DNA of 53,088 nucleotides from Octopus bimaculoides. Taxonomy: Eukaryota. The first letter of the stretch is position 1, and each line of letters opens with the position of its first letter. Of the stretch, positions 12,878-24,472 are shown piece after piece. A program made the position numbers and the translations under genes. Below the pieces are notes generated by a model. That model had not been told where the DNA came from. It ran no database searches and saw nothing but the letters and a program-made list of their open reading frames with translations. The stretch is from positions 124,361,847-124,414,934 of the forward strand of contig NC_068982.1 of NCBI RefSeq assembly GCF_001194135.2, read 5' to 3'.

Positions 12878-15800
12878 TACACGTACACGTCCATTTCATA
12901 TACATATTCATGCATCTTTCCCTTTCTCCTATCTTTCACCTCAAAACAAAAGTAACAGGTGATTTTCAGGATAAAAATTGTTAAAATAAAACTTCTACTC
13001 ATGTAAATTGATTACTATTGTTTGGATAGTTCCAAATAAGTAAGTCCAGAAGTAAGGTTAAATATATACACATGTATAAGTACCGTGAATTCCCATTCAA
13101 CAAAATGGCAAACAATTTCATGAATACTTTACCAGGCAAGGCTGGGTAGTAAGTCTAGTATTCTCTTAAAAGAAGTGTCTTTTGTTAAAATATTTTTTGC
13201 AGTTTTTAGTCACGGGGTAAAGCATTGGTCATGACCAGTGCTAGATTAGCCATTAAGCAAAATAAGCATGTACTTTGGGCATTAAGGAAATGGGGAATCA
13301 CAGATATGGTAAATGGTTTACAGTGGAAAAGAAATCACTTTAAATTTTCAAAATAGTTTATATGATTGAAAATATAATTTTGAAGTATTTATGGTGTCAT
13401 AGTGAGGATCTGATTAAAGACTTTGTAATTAATAAAAGCAGGGAAATACTTTACAGATATAAATAAAGTGGTCGTATACATCAATGAATATTATTTTCCA
13501 CCTTACTGTTAGTTGTGTTTCATTTTGAAGAATAAAAATTTATTTCATGGCTCATTATTGTTTATATTTGGAATTACATATATATGGGGGCTCCCAAATC
13601 TTTTATGTGCTTAGGGCCTTTATGGGTTTTAATCCAGCCCTGATCATGTCCTTTTTGCAAGGCCTTTGTGCCAAATGGGAAGGAGAGAGGAAAACATTCT
13701 CAAACTGGAAACATGACCCAAATGCCTGCAGCTTATATATATAAATATCTATATATGTATGTATATATATGGCTACATTTATATTTTTTTTCTCCTTGTT
13801 TCTCTCCTTATTTCTTTCTGTGTTCCTTTCTGTTGAAGAACGTAGGCTCGAAACGTCAAAGACTTTCTCTATTCCCGAGCATTAAACTAATACATCTATT
13901 TGTTGTTTACACCACCTGTCTTTGTCTGTTGTTTTTTTCGTAAATTCTCCCACATATATATATATGTAAAGTGTGTATGTGTGTGTGTGTGTATACATTT
14001 GGTTTGTTGGTGTTATATGATAACTTTTAATGAATTGGTTCTATTTTAGGAGCAATTTAGCAATATTGGAAAATCATTGATGAAAACCTTTGTTATGATG
14101 ATTGGAGAACTGGAATTTGATGATATTTTTTTCAGTCCTGATGATTCCTTACAATTTACTATAACAACATACCTCATGTTTTTAGTATTCTTGATTCTTG
14201 GATCGATTATTATTATGAACTTACTGGTGAGTTTCTTTACACTATACATACATTCACCATCATCATCACCATCATTATTATCATCACCATCATTATCATC
14301 ATCACCATTGTTGTCATCATCATCATCATCACAACCACCACTGCCGCCGCAGGAGAGTGCTTGAACTTAAGGTGAATGAACCGCGAAAGTGAGGTCGACC
14401 AAAGAAAACGTGGAGGGGACGGACAAGTAGAGGAGGAGATTGGGAGGATTAGCTTGAGGAGAGGGGATGCCCAAAACTATGTGAGATGGTGAGATGGTGT
14501 GAGAGCAGTTGCTGTAAGAGTGAAGGTAATTCCGGCCAACCCCGTTAACGGGGACAAACCCAGATTTAAAATATTGGATATCGATCGATTGATGGTATGC
14601 TTGTTTCAATGTCTGTTAACCAAATCCACTCACTAGGCTTTGGTTGGCCCAAGGCTGACTTCACTTGTGCTGGTGCCATGTAAAAAGCACTCAGCCCACT
14701 TTGCAGGGTGGTTGATGTTAGGAAGGGCATCCAGCTATAAAAAAACCATGCCGAAACAGACACAGAAGTATATTGCAGGCTTCTGCCTGGCCAGTTCCTG
14801 TCAAACCATCTCATCTATGCCACCATGGAAGGAGGCCATTAAATGATGATGATGATGAAAACTATAACTGAAAGCACTTACTCCAAGATGCTGTGTAATG
14901 GGACAGAAATTAAGATCATGTGGGTAAGAAGCAAACCACACAGGTATGCCTTTACCTGTGAAAATATAGATTACTTGTCTTTGGTTTATTATTCTGAAGA
15001 AATGGGCTCTGTTACTAGTGAGATCACCGTAGCTTTTGATCAGTTTTAATTTCTGTTGGTAAGGAGACATGAACAGTGGGGAATCATTGAGAGTCACATT
15101 CCTGGGAAGGAATGACTGAGGGAAGATTTTTTTGGTTTAGGGTCTGAGAAATGGAAGACAGTAGGGATAATGGGAAGAGGTGGGACTGATCATTTGTTGA
15201 CTGAGTCATTGAGTGATATACAGTTTGTTAGTTTAAATCAGTGGAGACCTAGCAGCTGTAGAAGCAGGCATAATAGTGGCATGAAAGTGTGGGCCCCCAA
15301 ACCTATACAAGCTTATAGAGTAGATCCAAAAGTGCTGGCACCATAAAAGTGTTGTCTGGTGGTGGGCTGCCTCCTCATCTCCAGCCATGCTACTAAGGTT
15401 TGGCTGAATGGTTAACAATTTTACTTCACAATCAAGAAGTCCCTGATTTGAGTCCACTGTATGGTATCTTGAGCAACTTACTTTATCATAACCTCAGGTT
15501 AACCCAAACCTTATGAGTGAAATTAGGTAGACAGAAACTATGTGTAATCCTGTTAGATGGATTATATTGTAATTCAAAATTCCAACTACATTGCATGTGT
15601 CATGCTGATTCAGTTTGAGAATTATGTTTAAGGTACATGTGTCTGGAATATTCAACCACATGAGTCAGTTGGTTAGTCGATTGAATGGTTTAAAATTTGG
15701 CCCAGTACTAGCAGTTTTTGCAGGGGAGGGGCAAGTCAATTACATTGACACCAACACTTGGCTGGTGTTTATTGTATTGACCCTGAATGGATAAAACAAT

Positions 15801-16926
15801 ATCAACCTAGGCAGAGTTTGAACTCAGAACATAAAGACAGATAAAATGCCTCTAAATATTTTGTCCAGTGTGCAAATTTAACAGAAACCCAGATTCTGGT
15901 TTCCTTCCTGTACAATACATCATTACTATTATAAATAATATCCATAGTAAAATGTCCAATTTCTTGTTACTTGGGGGTCTTTGGGTGAGACTTTGAAACA
16001 GATTGTCTAAAACAAAGCAACAATAATGTAAATAATATTAATAATTGGGGAAGCATCATAGCCATGTGTTGAGAGGAATTTTTGGGGTTTGGATAATTCA
16101 CCTTTGGAAACATGGGTGTTTTGTTAAACATCCTCAAACAACCCTTATTCAGAGACCTTTTGAGAAGGATGGGCTACTCAACCTGAAGAAAATTCTACTG
16201 GTTAACGACCTGCAAGGTCATGCACTGTTTATCTTGATATGAGATAACCATGTCACACACATACAGTTGTGATGCATGTGCCTGGTGTACCCTTATCTAA
16301 CGGTTAGTCATGATGGGTATACTGGGCTTTGTATAATTGTACCCCAGTTTCACTTTGATGGCATGCACTGCTCTCTCAATAATAATAATAATTATTATGC
16401 CCTGATGCAGTACCAGGCAATGGCTCTCATGGCTTTTGATCTTAAATGATTAGAAGTATTATCATGTACATGTTTTGTCTTGTATAAAAGATGGGCTACA
16501 GCAAATATTCTTCTCAATACCACAGATTTGCTTGTCAGTTGTTTGACCGTAGCCAGTTGATCATGTCCCTTAGTGGCCGACAATATGTGCATCTCTGATC
16601 ACGAGTAGGAGTAGTGGAGGTGCTTCACAGCCATGTGTTGAGAAGAATTCTTTGGGATTTGAATAATTCACCTCTAGAAACATAGTTGTTTTGTTCATCG
16701 TCCTTAAACAAACCTTATTCAGGGACCTTCTGAGTGGGATGGGCTGACCCTATCTTGTAAAGTCATGTGCTGTTTATCTTGATATGAGATCACCATAGCA
16801 TGCACATATGGTTGTGATGCATGTACCTGGTGTACCCTTATCAGATGGGTAGACATGATGGGTATATTGGGCTTTGTATATTTGTACCCCAGTGTCACTT
16901 TGATGGCATGCACTGCTCACTTGCTC

Positions 16927-16987
<61 letters not shown>

Positions 16988-17863
16988 TTCTCTCCTACAG
17001 GTTGGTTTGGCTGTAGATGATATTAAAGAAGTACAAAATAAAGCAACTCTGAAACGTAGAGCCATGCAGGTATGTATACTCGTAAATGCATTATTTCAGA
17101 AAATTGATATTTAGAAATATAAGAAAATTCTAGGCCTGAATACTGACATTAAGGATAATATTCTTACTGTAATAATATTAACATTAATTCATGTATAAAT
17201 AACTCAAAATTTTTTGACAGCTATTTTTATCTGTGAGATAATATTTCTTTGATCCCTGTTTTGTTTTGCTCTTTTACATCGATTTCCTCATACAAGCAAA
17301 TTTAACTCTGTTGATACCAGTCAGTCTGAAACTGCACCTGGTTCTATGACACAAACATCCCATATTAAAATGATCTAAATTAAAACCTTCCATCAAAATT
17401 TCATGCTGATTTATGCCTCAAATACCAGCTAAATAATGACAAAGCTATTTTATAATTTTCCTTATAATTTTCAAAATTAATTGAAACAAAACTATGTTGT
17501 TCAACAGATGAAAGTGGACAGTACCTACAGACTATTAAGGCTTTCTCAAACTGAAAACAATTGTTTCTTAAAGTAGTAGTAGTAGTAGTAGTAGTAGCAG
17601 CAGTAGGTTACTGTAGTTTTTAATGGGGTAATATTTTATTCAAGATTATGTTATTCAATATTTTTCTTAGTATGTACTGGAGATGCACAGAGTGGAATTG
17701 GTTTTAACCTAAAATAATCTTCAAAGAAGGACTAAATACTTTCACACAATTGTGATAGATTTACGATAATTGTCACAGTGCTTAGCTCTTTTTTTTCTTT
17801 TTTTACCTTGTTTGTTTCTTATATTTGATAGTAATGTTTATTTCTTCATGCTAACTGCTGCTG

Positions 17864-17905
<42 letters not shown>

Positions 17906-20900
17906 TAAGAAACAATTGTTTTCAGTATGAGAAGGCCTGTGGGTATTGTCCACCTTCAACAGGCTAAGAGATGTACAAAAGTGGTTTATTATTTTCAATG
18001 AATCAGTCATTGATATTTCTTTTCTTTTTTGATTAAAAAAAGCAAATAAATTTTCAGTAAATTTTGTGTTAGGTTAAAGAGATGCATCTGATGACATAAA
18101 AGACACATGAACATATTAGGTGCACCTTAATTTCAGTAACACGTTTGAGAAAAAAGTTTTCAGTGCTTTAAAGCATGTAATATAGGCTTGTCTTCACATA
18201 TAGAACCTGGGATGACATTTTTAGATAATCTTTAGGTAGAAAAGAGGGTCTTATATGCCATCAGATACAATATTTATTGTATAGAATTTTTATGTAAAAT
18301 TGCTACAATAATTTCAGTGTTTATTATTATTGGCATTTAGAAATTAAAAGTCTGTTCTCCTTACACATTTACAGGTGGATTTGGTACTAGACCTTGAGAA
18401 AATAATGCCTTTCTCTTTCCATAAGAGAAAAATTATCAAATGTCAAACATTGTATCCTAATGCTGTACAAAGTAACCAAATTGCTCGCCTGTTTCGTATA
18501 ACCGCATCTTATTCTGAAGATATCAACCAAGTTTTAAATCCTGAGCAGGTGAGTACTACAGAAATACTATTGGATATGTTTTTATATCCTAGGGATAAAC
18601 AACAATGATGATGATGGTCATCATTTAACCCTTTGCTTCTCCAAAGCATTTTCATGAGTTTGTCCTAAATGTTCATGTTTGTTTTTGGTCTATTAGTTAC
18701 TCCTTGTTTCATATGTTTTGAGTAACATAATGCTTTCCTGTCATAAATTCCGAGTTACTCTAATGGCTGAAAAAAATTTGGAATGTGTATCATACATGAT
18801 GCTTGGATACCAGGGAAATGTGTCCTGTGTATCACATATGATACAAGGGACAGCCAAAGAATTAATGTCTGCTTTCCATGCTGGCATGGGTCTGACAGTT
18901 TGTTAGAATCTGAGTCAATCCATGCTTAAAGTTACTACCCTTTTTGAAGGATTGGAGGACCACTCTCTCTCAAACATTACAATTTTAGGTTGGTTTCTTT
19001 GAAGGATTAGAGAACCACTCTCTCTCAAACATTACAGTTTTAGCATAGTTTCTATAGCTGGCTGCCTATTACATTGTACCACATACATTTTATTAAGGTG
19101 TAGTGACACCTAATGCCAGTCGCCATTTTGGTAAGTTCGTCCACGCATGCGCAGGGACATGTCTTCTGGAAGGCATGCAGGAAGTCCCTCACGTGCATGC
19201 GTGGTCATCCTATATCAAAGCGTTCCCACCTTTTCTCGACCTCTTAGCGCTGCAGCTTCGAAGACACCAAGTCACTAAGAGCCGCTCCGTCAACTCTACC
19301 TTTGAGTCTACACTAACTACCACGGAGCTTGAAGAATGACCTAACCATCCAGCAACGACACTGACACCGTCTTCACACCAACCATAAAGGGTGACCTGGC
19401 AATTTCTGTTACCTGAGATGTAGGCTGAGCACCTCATAATAAATATTTGTTATGCTGTTATTCAATTTATTCAGCGTTTTCATTTTTATTGAAGAAAATT
19501 GATTGTACGGGATAGGGTTACCCAAGGATGGCGGCCCTATCACCTACAAAGGCTTCAACGCTAGAGAGGGTGTCATGTCTTCAGCAAGACTAAACAGTCC
19601 TTTTGCCCTTGCATTGTCTCACTTGTTTGCCAATCACTTTACAGAGTACTCAGTACATTCTATTGTGATGCCAACACAAGCAAAGTTGTCTTGTATCCTG
19701 TAAGATCAAGGAGTCCTCACTATTCTGAGTTGTGTTCATTCACTCAAGGTGAGAAGAAGAGCAACTGAAGACAGAGTAGGAATCAGGATGGCTGTGGAGG
19801 TGAGGTGGTGGTGGTGGTGGTGGTGGAGGTGGGGTGGTGTTGGTGGTGGTTGGGTGAAAGTTGCAACTGTGTATTAAAATTCCACTTTGCAATAATTAAG
19901 ATGAGAAAAGAGGATAATTTGTTATTGCGTTTGTGAATGAATGGTGCTAACAATACTATCGATTGATTAATTAAAAAATTTACGCTTTAATTGTGAAATT
20001 AAATTTCATGGCTATTCCTGTAATGATTTTAAACATCAATTAAAAAATAGAATTGCTATTTTCTGCAAGTCACATTGCTTCAAAAAACTTGACATATTGC
20101 CATAAAATATAATTTCAGAAATGACATTTCTCAACAAAAGGTAGACTGGTATATAAAACTGCTTTCTGCAGTGTTGTGGTTTTATGTAGTTATGTCATCA
20201 TCATCATTGTTTAACGTCCACTTTCCATGCTAGCATGGGCTGGACGATTTGACTGAGGACTGGTGAACCAGGTGGCTGCACCAGGCTCCAATCTGATCTG
20301 GCAGAGTTTCTACAGCTGGATGCCCTTCCTAATGCCAACCACTCCAAGAGTGTAGTGGGTGCTTTTACATGCCACCAGCACGAAGGCCAGTCAGGTGGTA
20401 CTGGCAACAGCCATGCTCAAAATGGTGTATTTTACGTGCCACCTGCCCAGGAACCAGTCCAGTGGCACTGGCAACGATCTCGCTCAAACGTCTTTTCACG
20501 TGCCACCGGTACAAGTGCCAGGAAGGCAACGCTGGTAACGATCACACTCAAATGGTGCTATTTACATGCCACTGGCACGGAAGCCAGACAGCTGCTCTGG
20601 CAACGACCATGCTTGAACGGTGCTCTTAGCGCTCCACTGGTACAGGTGCCATCGAGATTTCGCTTTCGCTTGCCCCAACAGGTCTTCGCAAGCCAAGTTT
20701 AGTGTCCAATGAAAGAGACATTGGCATGGGTGCCAGTCATCAAAAGCTTTCTAATGTATTTTATAGTTCTCAGATACAGCAGTTTGATTACCTAAAATAG
20801 CTATAGAATTTGAACCCGTTTCCTCTGACTTTGTGCATTTAAATCATAATAAAGTGTTATTAGAATATTAAAAGGAATTGTTTATTAGAGTATTAAATGG

Positions 20901-21534
20901 AATGTAAAAATGAGTGAATTCAATATTAATCAGGTGAATATATTGGTTCATTTGTTTAAATATGTAGACTCTTCTTTGTTTGAGTATGTGGACTTGTGCT
21001 GGATATTAATAGTGCATATTTGTACCTTACTGAATAAGTATAAATTAAGGTGTGTATATTGTTTTCAAGAACTGATTGAATTGTAAGCAAATAAAACCTA
21101 AGTTCACTGCCTTCTTTTTCAAACTGTCGGTATACTTTACACAGTTAAGAGTAATGAAACTTTGGGCTGATGTGTCTGATTTCTGCAGTAAAAGGGTTAC
21201 ATAACTATTTGATGCTTGTTGTTTTACTTTAGGATTAATTTCATTTTGTAGTAATTAGAATGAGAAAAGAAGATTGTTTATTGTTCCAGTTTGCTGATTA
21301 ATTAATGAAAAAAATTAACAGATTAATGTTTTATATGTATTTATGTGTATATATTTACAGGATGAGTTACGACGTATCCAAACAAATCAAACCAACTTAA
21401 AGCATAAGGTTAACAGGTTAAATGATAATGTGGAAGAGATGAAAGTCCAAATGACAAGAGTGGAGAGTATGTTAAAAGCCGTAATCAAAAACCAGAAAAT
21501 AGAATGGGAAGAAGAAGATTACCAGGAAGACTAA
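1649..21534 (+). CDS. TRPA1: TRPA1-like transient receptor potential channel, 3' part (11 exons, about 495 aa; 5' ankyrin exons outside window)
   Basis: Exons chain through GT-AG sites in consistent phase. The spliced protein contains HPVVKQLLSYKW (pre-S1), six hydrophobic segments, the pore KTFVMMIGELEFDD, S6/gate IMNLLVGLAVDDI, the TRP-like helix ATLKRRAMQV, TLYPN and a C-terminal coiled coil, paralleling human TRPA1 as I recall it. The exact TRPA paralogue cannot be resolved by eye. Confidence 0.93.
2727..3033 (-). mobile_element. tRNA-derived SINE, family A (internal TA microsatellite), cut by gap
   Basis: Matches the copies at 10373, 32935, 34660 and 39157. Confidence 0.8.
3233..3330 (+). 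CDS. TRPA1: TRPA-like exon B (LSYDDDFK...KKNHPLNIM)
   Basis: Acceptor ttcttattcAG, donor GTaaac at 3331; 98 nt, phase 1-0. Confidence 0.88.
5099..5390 (-). mobile_element. RTE-clade LINE, 5'-truncated 3' fragment
   Basis: Minus frame AKQRWASHVTR...RWT..V.EWYP..WK.PLGRPP..W resembles the RTE ORF2 C-terminus; ends in a short tandem (GATCCAGGT)2 tail. Confidence 0.8.
5497..5663 (+). CDS. TRPA1: TRPA-like exon C (pre-S1 and S1: AENNQEILLSHPVVKQLLSYKW...)
   Basis: Acceptor tttgatttcAG, donor GTaaat at 5664; 167 nt, phase 0-2. Not in the ORF track (under 60 aa). Confidence 0.92.
5921..6139 (+). mobile_element. tRNA-derived SINE, family B, nested in an older related copy
   Basis: A-box-like GAGCTGGCAGAATCGTTAG and B-box-like GAGTTCAAATTCC; 13-bp flanking duplication AAAATAAG(T/C)ATCA. 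Related copies at about 10795, 15690(-), 27812 and 29570. Confidence 0.75.
6625..7135 (-). mobile_element. RTE-clade LINE 3' fragment with (GAT)n tail
   Basis: Decayed frame LREKLG...YGHVM...CGRGRPKK.W...DLR.L followed by the 3' region shared with family C repeats. Confidence 0.75.
7582..7702 (+). CDS. TRPA1: TRPA-like exon D (S1-S2 loop and S2: NAVYYNETHSCFNVQ...VLMLLRE)
   Basis: Acceptor tgctatttcAG, donor GTaagg at 7703; 121 nt, phase 2-0. Confidence 0.9.
8318..8529. repeat. Foldback palindrome, about 93-bp arms and 25-nt loop (MITE-like)
   Basis: Arms 8318-8410 and 8436-8529 are near-perfect reverse complements. Confidence 0.9.
8873..9080. mobile_element. MITE-like element with about 70-bp terminal inverted repeats
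   Basis: 8873-8943 is the reverse complement of 9010-9080, with about 3 mismatches. Confidence 0.85.
9229..9360 (+). CDS. TRPA1: TRPA-like exon E (S2-S3: IFQLVQAGLGYLTYVNLLDWLTY...)
   Basis: Acceptor attttcAG, donor GTaaga at 9361; 132 nt, phase 0-0. Confidence 0.92.
9502..9779 (+). mobile_element. Family C (GAT)n-tailed retroposon (RTE-related 3' end/SINE), young copy
   Basis: Nearly identical to 37902-38172 and to the reverse complement of about 20200-20460. Confidence 0.85.
10145..10345 (+). CDS. TRPA1: TRPA-like exon F (S4-S5: EWQWNLGSIGIFLAW...FALLRQR)
   Basis: Acceptor tttatttaaAG after a long pyrimidine tract, donor GTaagt at 10346; 201 nt, phase 0-0. Confidence 0.94.
10373..10772 (-). 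mobile_element. tRNA-derived SINE, family A, near full length
   Basis: Head GGCGCAAGTGTGGCTGTGTGG on -, tail (GTAAAAGA)n ending about 25 nt from the exon F donor. Confidence 0.85.
11341..11367 (+). CDS. TRPA1: Candidate 27-nt microexon (INKSQAVEF) in the TRPA pore turret
   Basis: Strong acceptor tcttctttcttttcAG, consensus donor GTAAGT at 11368; open, phase 0-0, matching both flanking exons. No transcript evidence available. Confidence 0.7.
13826..13861 (+). ncRNA. Degenerate minimal hammerhead-like motif in a repeat between TA tracts
   Basis: CUUU-CUGUUGA-A-GAAC-guag-GCUC-GAAAC-GUC-AAAG; A6 is replaced by U and stem II has one mismatch. Confidence 0.4.
14050..14226 (+). CDS. TRPA1: TRPA-like exon H (pore helix, filter, S6: EQFSNIGKSLMKTFVMMIGELEFDD...IMNLL)
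   Basis: Acceptor ctattttAG, donor GTgagt at 14227; 177 nt, phase 0-0. Confidence 0.95.
14354..14580 (+). mobile_element. RTE-clade LINE 3' fragment
   Basis: Frame RVLELKVNEPRK*GRPKKTW resembles the RTE ORF2 C-terminus. Confidence 0.65.
16045..16986 (+). mobile_element. Two tandem copies of an (AAT)n-tailed SINE-like repeat (16045-16395 partial; 16396-16986)
   Basis: About 300 bp of clear similarity between 16060-16380 and 16630-16927; both end in AAT repeats. Confidence 0.8.
17001..17069 (+). CDS. TRPA1: TRPA-like exon I (S6 end and TRP-like helix: VGLAVDDIKEVQNKATLKRRAMQ)
   Basis: Acceptor ctctcctacAG, donor GTatgt at 17070; 69 nt, phase 0-0. Confidence 0.94.
18375..18548 (+). CDS. TRPA1: TRPA-like exon J (VDLVLDLEK...TLYPN...LNPEQ)
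   Basis: Acceptor acatttacAG, donor GTgagt at 18549; 174 nt, phase 0-0. Confidence 0.92.
19099..19548 (+). mobile_element. Solo LTR (450 bp)
   Basis: TGTAG...CTACA ends, 4-bp TSD AAGG (19095-19098 and 19549-19552), GC-rich 5' part, TATA-like CCTATAT near 19210, AATAAA at 19438-19443. Confidence 0.8.
20194..20740 (-). mobile_element. Family C retroposon, long copy
   Basis: Reverse complement of the 9502 and 37851 copies plus extra 5' sequence; (GAT)n tail. Confidence 0.85.
21361..21534 (+). CDS. TRPA1: TRPA-like terminal exon (coiled coil and acidic tail, stop TAA)
   Basis: Acceptor atatttacAG; encodes DELRRIQ...MTRVESMLKAVI...EWEEEDYQED*, with heptad-like composition. Confidence 0.88.
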   Translation, partial: DELRRIQTNQTNLKHKVNRLNDNVEEMKVQMTRVESMLKAVIKNQKIEWEEEDYQED

Positions 21535-22207
21535 TACTTCAGGAATGTTTACAAGTAGTGCTACACTTATTTCTTTGTAAAAGATCTGTCGAAATCAGAG
21601 GAATCTACTGTTTATATTTTGGCCCCTATTAAAAACTTATACCCCCCTTTTTTTTTTCATCCATATTTTTGCAAAATATTTTACTGACAAAGTTTTGATA
21701 TTATTGCCCACATGGTTTTACATTGGTTACAACATGGAGCAAATAGTTAGCATTATTTTTTGGATTAGATATATTCTTCCATGAAAACAATCTTATACAT
21801 CATCATCATTGTCGTCACCATTATCATCACTGTCATCAATATCATTCTCATTGCCACTATCATCATCACTTTATATATCTGCTTTCCATGCTGGCATGGG
21901 TTGGACAGATTGATAGGATCTGGTTGATGGGTCAGTGGGCCACATCTTTCTCCATTTTAGTTTCAGCATGGTTTCTACAGCTGGATGCCCCAATATCAAC
22001 CGCTTTATAGAATGTACTGGTGCTAATTTTTTCATGGCACCCGCATCATAGGAATTACTTTATCCTCAGCAAAACTAAAGAGTTGTCTTAGTGCAGCATT
22101 GTCTCTGCTTGACTTTACAGAAGGTACCAGGTGTCTTTTTCATGTGGCACTGGCACTTGTGAGCTCACCTCACCAGACTAAAGAACCACTACGTTTGAAA
22201 GGAGGAA

Positions 22208-22276
22208 TAGGAGTGAGAGAGAGAGGGATAGGAGTGAGAGAGAGAGGGATAGGAGTGAGAGAGAGAGGGATAGGAG
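22208..22276. repeat. About 21-bp minisatellite ATAGGAGTGAGAGAGAGAGGG, about 3.4 copies
   Basis: Direct inspection. Confidence 0.85.
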
Positions 22277-24070
22277 CGATGGTTTTAGTGAGAGAGGATT
22301 AAGAGTTGAGAGAAGCATGATGGAAACAATGGATTTGTGAAAGGGCTGTAATGGAGAGAGTAACAAAGGAGACAGCATCAGAAAAGGGTGACGTGAAGGA
22401 TTAGTGGAAAAGGGAGTGAGGGAGGGACACACATAGAGTGGTGAGGATGATGGGGTCTGTTGAGTTGGTGGTGGGGTATACAGTGCTATCCCACATTATA
22501 AAGGTAAATATGGGTGGGGTAGATGGAGGCTGTGGAAAAGGAAAGGGACATAAAAATAAGGATGATGAAGAAATAGAGAAACTGTGGAGGGAGTGTCAAC
22601 AAATGAAAGAGGAATAGAAATGTCGTTGAGGTGAGCCAGAGAGAGAGGGAGATGTGTTGGCGTTGAGGTAATGGGGAAGCTTTGGGCAAAGGGTCTGTGA
22701 GAGAAAGAAAAGTAGGGGTGGAGGAGTAGTGAGAGTAGAAGGAGAGCAGAGAATAGATGCAGTGAGAGCATCCCAGCTGCCATCGTTACTTGCTTTAGAG
22801 TTCTCACTGCCATGCTTGCACAAAAGTGCAGGTTTTCTCCAGCACTGCCTATTGCCATTTTTTACAATTCCTGGTCAATCTTTGAGATTATCCATCTGTA
22901 CCACGTGCTTATACCAACTCTGTCTTCTCTTTTGCATCCTTCATCAAATTCCTCTTAGACATAACTTTTCTCTCAGGTTCTTTCTACTCATCATTCATGC
23001 ACACTAACATTACACATCCAGAGAAGCTTGCTTGCTTCCTTTCTTTCTATAGTCTTGTCAAATTCTCTGCATTCAAAGAGGCCCTTGTCTCACTACCATA
23101 TAGCATCATATTTTCCACATAAGTATCATACAATCTGCTCTTCACTTTAAGTGGGAGGCTCTTTGTTGCTAAGCAGGGGTAGTTAGTTGCTAATTTTCTT
23201 TATAAACTAACATGAAATCAGTTTTTATTGCTCTACTGTTAGATTTAATCTAAAGAATCTCAAGTCTTTTTGTTATATTCCTAACAATATTATATTTCCT
23301 ACGTTAAATGGCTAATGTTTTGTTCAGTAGCCAAGAGAAATCATTGTTATAAATATGAATAATAACCTATAATAAAGAAACAAAACCATTAGGTTCTTTT
23401 ATATTTCATAGCTTTAACTATAATGTTAATATCTTCTGAGCAGCTGAGCTCAACAGCAGTTTGTAACTGTTGTTTCCTGTCTATGAGGAATAATATCAAG
23501 TATTTTGTATTGTCTTGAATTAATGTTTTTTTTTTCTTTGATATCTGATAATATTATGCATTTTTCAAGGGGTGCATTCCCTGCTTATTGAAACCTTTGT
23601 ATTTTTATCAGATCAAAATTTTTTCTGCAATTAATATTGTATATCATTTTTGCTCAAAACCCTCCATAGCAAGATTACACTTCATGAACATTTTAGTTTT
23701 AACTGCTGATCATTTAGATAGTATCTCGTTTACTCATGTGGTTCAACCTGACATTGTTTTTTTTTTATCATATCACTGTATCACCACGGCTCCCTATTTT
23801 ATTTGCTATTTGATAATCATCATCTGTTCTGGGATAACAATGGTATATACTAATATATGTTAAAGGCTCTGTATGTGTGTGTATTTATATATATCTTCAT
23901 AGTTGATTAATGTCCACTTTCCTATGCTTGCATGGGTCAAACCGAATTCTTTACATGCTTTCAACTAAGGTAATATTTTCCCTTGGTCAGACATGTTTTC
24001 ACAGAAGATTGGAAGTGAATGATACTGCTGATGCTCAATTACAGCAATAACATGGTGTCAAGACAAGGAA

Positions 24071-24140
<70 letters not shown>

Positions 24141-24472
24141 TCTCTCTCTCTTACATGTATTAGTGGATTCTTTCAATTTCTGTCTAGCAAATCAATTGGT
24201 TGCCCTGGGGTTATGATTGAAGACATTTGCCATGCAGAAGCAATTGTCTTCTGTTATAGCCCTGAAGAAGGACTGAACTCAAAAACCACGAGATTGGGAA
24301 ACAAACTTCTTAACCACACAGCCATATCTGCTTCCACTTTGGAATCCTGACAAACAGCATCTCAGTAGCAATTACAGTTTATAAAAGAATAAAACTGATA
24401 GTTAATGTCCACCCCACCCGCCTTTCCTCACTCTTTCTTTCATTACAACAGCATCTAGCCACACCTTCACAA

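Noticed and set aside
21322-21360. In-frame alternative acceptor 39 nt upstream of the last TRPA exon
   Set aside because: It follows an A-rich tract and would add microsatellite-like residues; the downstream AG has better context.
22180-22900. Purine-rich tract with 67-120 aa ORFs, possibly a decayed L2/CR1-like LINE on -
   Set aside because: Low complexity and no diagnostic motif I can defend.
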